64,000 bases of DNA from Vicinamibacterales bacterium (GTDB lineage: Bacteria > Acidobacteriota > Vicinamibacteria > Vicinamibacterales > UBA8438). Of the stretch, positions 57,514-64,000 are shown piece after piece. A model generated the notes under the pieces. That model searched no databases. It worked only from the letters and a program-made list of their open reading frames with translations, and was not told the DNA's origin. A program made the position numbers and the translations under genes. The stretch spans positions 41,707 through 105,706 of the forward strand of contig OZ241896.1 of assembly GCA_965203565.1 (NCBI GenBank), read 5' to 3'. Every line of letters starts with the position of its first letter. Position 1 is the stretch's first letter.

Positions 57514-58827
57514 ATGACCGAGAACGTCTGGGACGCCATCCTGTCGCGCGTCGAAACCAAGATCAACCGCCACAGCTATCACACCTGGTTCAAGCCCACC
57601 GCCCTCATGAAAGAGGGCGCCGAACGGCTCACGGTTCTCGTGCCCGACGGCCACTTTCGGGACTGGCTCACGAAGCATTACTCGGGCATCATCAACGACG
57701 CGGCGGCGGAGATCCACCACGACGGCGTCCGCATCGATTTCGTGACCGCCGCCGACGCGCCGCCGGACGAAGCCGCCCCGGACCTTCCGCGTCCTCCCGC
57801 CGAGCAGCCGCCGCACGGGATACTGAGCCCCCGCTACACGTTCGACTCGTTCGTCGTCGGACCGTCGAACCAATTCGCTCACGCCGCGTCGTTGGCGGTG
57901 GCGGAGGCGCCGTCACGTTCGTACAACCCGCTGTTCATCTACGGCGCGGTGGGGCTGGGCAAGACCCATCTGATGCACGCGATCGGACATTTCCTGCTCG
58001 TCAAGTCGCCGCACCTCACGTTGAACTACATCTCGTCCGAACGGTTCATGAACGAGATGATCAACGCGGTTCGGCGGGAACGGATCCTGGAGTTCCGGGA
58101 GCGGTACCGCAGCATGGACGTTCTGCTCGTCGACGACATCCAGTTCCTCGCCGGCAAGGAGGGCACCCAGACCGAATTTTTTCACACGTTCAACTCGCTG
58201 TACGACGCGCAGAAGCAGATCGTGATCAGCAGCGACTGCCCCGCCAGCGAGATACCCGCCCTCGAAGATCGGCTCCGGTCCCGGTTCGCGTGGGGGCTGA
58301 TCGCCGACATCCAGCCGCCGGACCTCGAGACCAAGGTGGCCATTCTCAAGAAGAAGGCGTGGGCGGAGCGCGTCCCGCTGCCCGACGACGTCGCGCTGTA
58401 CATCGCGGGACGGATCAAGTCGAACATCCGGGAGCTGGAAAGTTCGCTGATCCGCCTGATCGCGTACGCGTCGCTGACGAACCTGGAGATCTCGCTGCCG
58501 GTCGCCAAGGAAGTCCTCCGGGACCTGATCGACCGGCCCGAAGCGGTCACGATCGACATGATCCAGAAGTCCGTGGCGAACCACTACAAGCTCCGGCTGA
58601 CGGACCTCAAGTCGCGCAATCGGTCGAAGTCGGTGATGCTGCCGCGTCAGGTCGCCATGTATCTGTCGAAATCGCTCACCGGCGCATCTCTGCCCCAGAT
58701 CGGGAAGAGCTTCGGAGGGAAGAACCACGCGACGGTGCTTCACTCGATCCGGAAGGTCGAGGATCTGCGCAAGCGGGATCGGGATTTCAACAAGCTCGTC
58801 AACAGCCTCGCCGAGTCGCTTCGGTAG
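57514..58827 (+). CDS. dnaA: chromosomal replication initiator protein DnaA
   Basis: WDAILSRVETKINRHSYHTWFKPT is the N-terminus. The AAA+ core is LFIYGAVGLGKTHL with LLVDDIQF. The C-terminal DNA-binding signature is LPRQVAMYLSKSLT..SLPQIGKSFGGKNHATVLH. Confidence 0.97.
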   Translation: MTENVWDAILSRVETKINRHSYHTWFKPTALMKEGAERLTVLVPDGHFRDWLTKHYSGIINDAAAEIHHDGVRIDFVTAADAPPDEAAPDLPRPPAEQPPHGILSPRYTFDSFVVGPSNQFAHAASLAVAEAPSRSYNPLFIYGAVGLGKTHLMHAIGHFLLVKSPHLTLNYISSERFMNEMINAVRRERILEFRERYRSMDVLLVDDIQFLAGKEGTQTEFFHTFNSLYDAQKQIVISSDCPASEIPALEDRLRSRFAWGLIADIQPPDLETKVAILKKKAWAERVPLPDDVALYIAGRIKSNIRELESSLIRLIAYASLTNLEISLPVAKEVLRDLIDRPEAVTIDMIQKSVANHYKLRLTDLKSRNRSKSVMLPRQVAMYLSKSLTGASLPQIGKSFGGKNHATVLHSIRKVEDLRKRDRDFNKLVNSLAESLR

Positions 58828-58902
58828 CGCCGGACGGGCCCGGAGCCGGCGTGTCGACAACGCCCACAACGGTCTGCGGGCTGAAAACCGCACCGAACCG
58901 GG

Positions 58903-59035
58903 CCGTCCACAGCCGCCGGCCGCGGAATCCACAACCGGGCGTCTTCGTAAACTGTTGATCCACAGCAAGTTACAAAAAACCCAACCCTTTCGAAATGCTT
59001 TCTTTTTCCTGTATAATCCTTTTTGTTTTTTCGAT
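58903..59035. other. oriC: putative oriC core: three same-orientation DnaA boxes plus an AT-rich unwinding element
   Basis: CCGTCCACA (58903-58911), GAATCCACA (58925-58933) and TGATCCACA (58956-58964) come first. About 70 nt of AT-rich sequence follows (GCAAGTTACAAAAAACCCAACCCTTTCGAAATGCTTTCTTTTTCCTGTATAATCCTTTTTGTTTTTTCGATC), the most AT-rich stretch in the window. It includes a TATAAT at 59012-59017 that could serve dnaN. Confidence 0.7.
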
Positions 59036-59089
59036 CGGATCCGTACACTCCGGTCGCCGGTCACGTTCTCCGACCGAGGGCTTCACCGC

Positions 59090-62807
<3,718 letters not shown>

Positions 62808-62856
62808 CCAGCGCCCGTGGCCATGCCCCGCGCCGCGGCGCCGCACACCGGAACCC

Positions 62857-64000
62857 ATGCCTGAACCGACCCGTTCCAGCGTGCCCGTCAGCATCGAAGA
62901 CGAGATGCGGCGGTCCTACATGGATTACGCCATGAGCGTCATCATCGGGCGCGCGCTGCCCGACGTGCGCGACGGGCTGAAGCCGGCCCATCGCCGCGTC
63001 ATCTACGGCATGCGCCTGATGGGGCTGGCCGCGAACCGGCCGTACCGCAAGTGCGCCAAGATCGTCGGCGAGGTGATGGGCAACTTCCATCCGCACGGCG
63101 ACGCGTCGATCTACGACACGCTCGTCCGTCTCGCCCAGGACTTCAACATGCGGTACCCCCTGGTCGACGGCCAGGGCAACTTCGGGTCGGTCGACGGCGA
63201 CCCGCCCGCCGCGATGCGGTACACCGAGGCGCGCCTGGAGGCGCTGGCCGGCGACCTGATGGCCGATCTCGACAAGGAGACGGTCGACTTCGTCCCGAAC
63301 TACGACGAGACGTCCGAAGAGCCGACCGTGCTGCCGGCGCCCTATCCGAACCTGCTGGTCAACGGCTCGGCCGGCATCGCGGTGGGGATGGCCACCAACG
63401 TCCCGCCTCACAACCTGCGGGAGGTGGTCGACGGCATCGTCTGGGTGGCGGAGCATCCCGGCGAGCCGTCCGACGTCAAGGCGCGCCGGCTCGCGAGCCT
63501 GATTCCCGGACCCGACTTCCCGACCGGCGGATTCATCGTCGGGCGGGCGGGGATCGCGCAGGCGTACCACGAGGGGCGCGGTTCGATCATGCTCCGCGCC
63601 CGCACGCAGATCGAGACCGCCGACAAGGGCGACAAAAGCGCGATCGTCGTGACCGAGATCCCGTACCAGCTCAACAAGGCGAGGCTGATCGAGAAGATCG
63701 CCGAACTGGTGCGCAGCAAGGTCGTCGAGGGGATCACCGAGCTCCGGGACGAGTCGGACCGGGACGGGATGCGGATAGTGATCGAGCTGCGGCGCGGCGA
63801 GATTCCCGAGGTGGTGCTGAACAACCTGTACAAACACACGCAGCTGCAGACCTCGTTCGGCGTCATCATGCTCGCGATCGTCGAGGGGCGGCCGAAAGTG
63901 CTGCCGCTGCTCGCCATGGTCGAGCAGTTCGTCGAGTTCCGCCGCGGCGTGGTGCGGCGGCGGACCGAGTTCGAGCTCCGGAAGGCGGAAGCGCGGGCCC
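62857..64000 (+). CDS. gyrA: DNA gyrase subunit A (5-prime partial, runs off window)
   Basis: Not in the ORF track because no stop falls in the window. Translation from ATG 62857 gives [52 protein letters not shown]...[22 protein letters not shown]...AAMRYTE. Confidence 0.95.
   Translation, partial: MPEPTRSSVPVSIEDEMRRSYMDYAMSVIIGRALPDVRDGLKPAHRRVIYGMRLMGLAANRPYRKCAKIVGEVMGNFHPHGDASIYDTLVRLAQDFNMRYPLVDGQGNFGSVDGDPPAAMRYTEARLEALAGDLMADLDKETVDFVPNYDETSEEPTVLPAPYPNLLVNGSAGIAVGMATNVPPHNLREVVDGIVWVAEHPGEPSDVKARRLASLIPGPDFPTGGFIVGRAGIAQAYHEGRGSIMLRARTQIETADKGDKSAIVVTEIPYQLNKARLIEKIAELVRSKVVEGITELRDESDRDGMRIVIELRRGEIPEVVLNNLYKHTQLQTSFGVIMLAIVEGRPKVLPLLAMVEQFVEFRRGVVRRRTEFELRKAEARA

Overview
High-GC (roughly 70%) bacterial chromosomal window that spans the replication origin. 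All calls are made by eye from the sequence and ORF track; no searches were run.

Origin-proximal core (37.6-64 kb). From 37.6 to 57.3 kb everything runs on the minus strand: mfd, wzt/wzm ABC exporter, PP2C phosphatase, atpC-atpD-atpG, an inserted membrane-protein gene, atpA-atpH, parB-parA, rsmG, jag, yidC, yidD, rnpA, rpmH. The strand then switches to dnaA-dnaN-gyrB-gyrA (gyrA runs off the window). DnaA-box clusters lie on both sides of dnaA, a strikingly AT-rich putative unwinding element lies between dnaA and dnaN, and a parS-like palindrome lies upstream of parA.

Left part (0-37 kb):
- Small redox and periplasmic genes.
- A roughly 12-kb decaying defence island at 5.6-17.8 kb. It holds a PHP-ATPase plus a Schlafen/AlbA_2-like protein, an orphan nucleotidyltransferase, a PARIS-like ATPase/DUF4435 pair, a disrupted E1/ThiF-like gene, a wrecked type I R-M operon and two PIN toxin-antitoxin pairs.
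- A 1945-aa Calx-beta/PKD/autotransporter-like adhesin whose codons 4-9 are a C17 homopolymer.
- A cluster of four tandem paralogous secreted proteins of unknown function, with a Tat-exported NTF2/LEH-like protein.
- DUF3179, DUF2891, a GT-C-like membrane protein and a B12-radical SAM enzyme.

Most unusual signal. A ~159-bp hairpin-forming MITE-like repeat that I do not recognise. There are five near-identical full copies with perfect 4-bp target-site duplications, plus four relics. It disrupts the E1-like gene and hsdM, and repeatedly sits at or next to stop codons. One filled site has a matching empty site inside this window.

No rRNA, tRNA, CRISPR array, transposase or integrase gene was seen. 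Many very long ORFs in the track are GC-driven shadow frames opposite or overlapping real genes.
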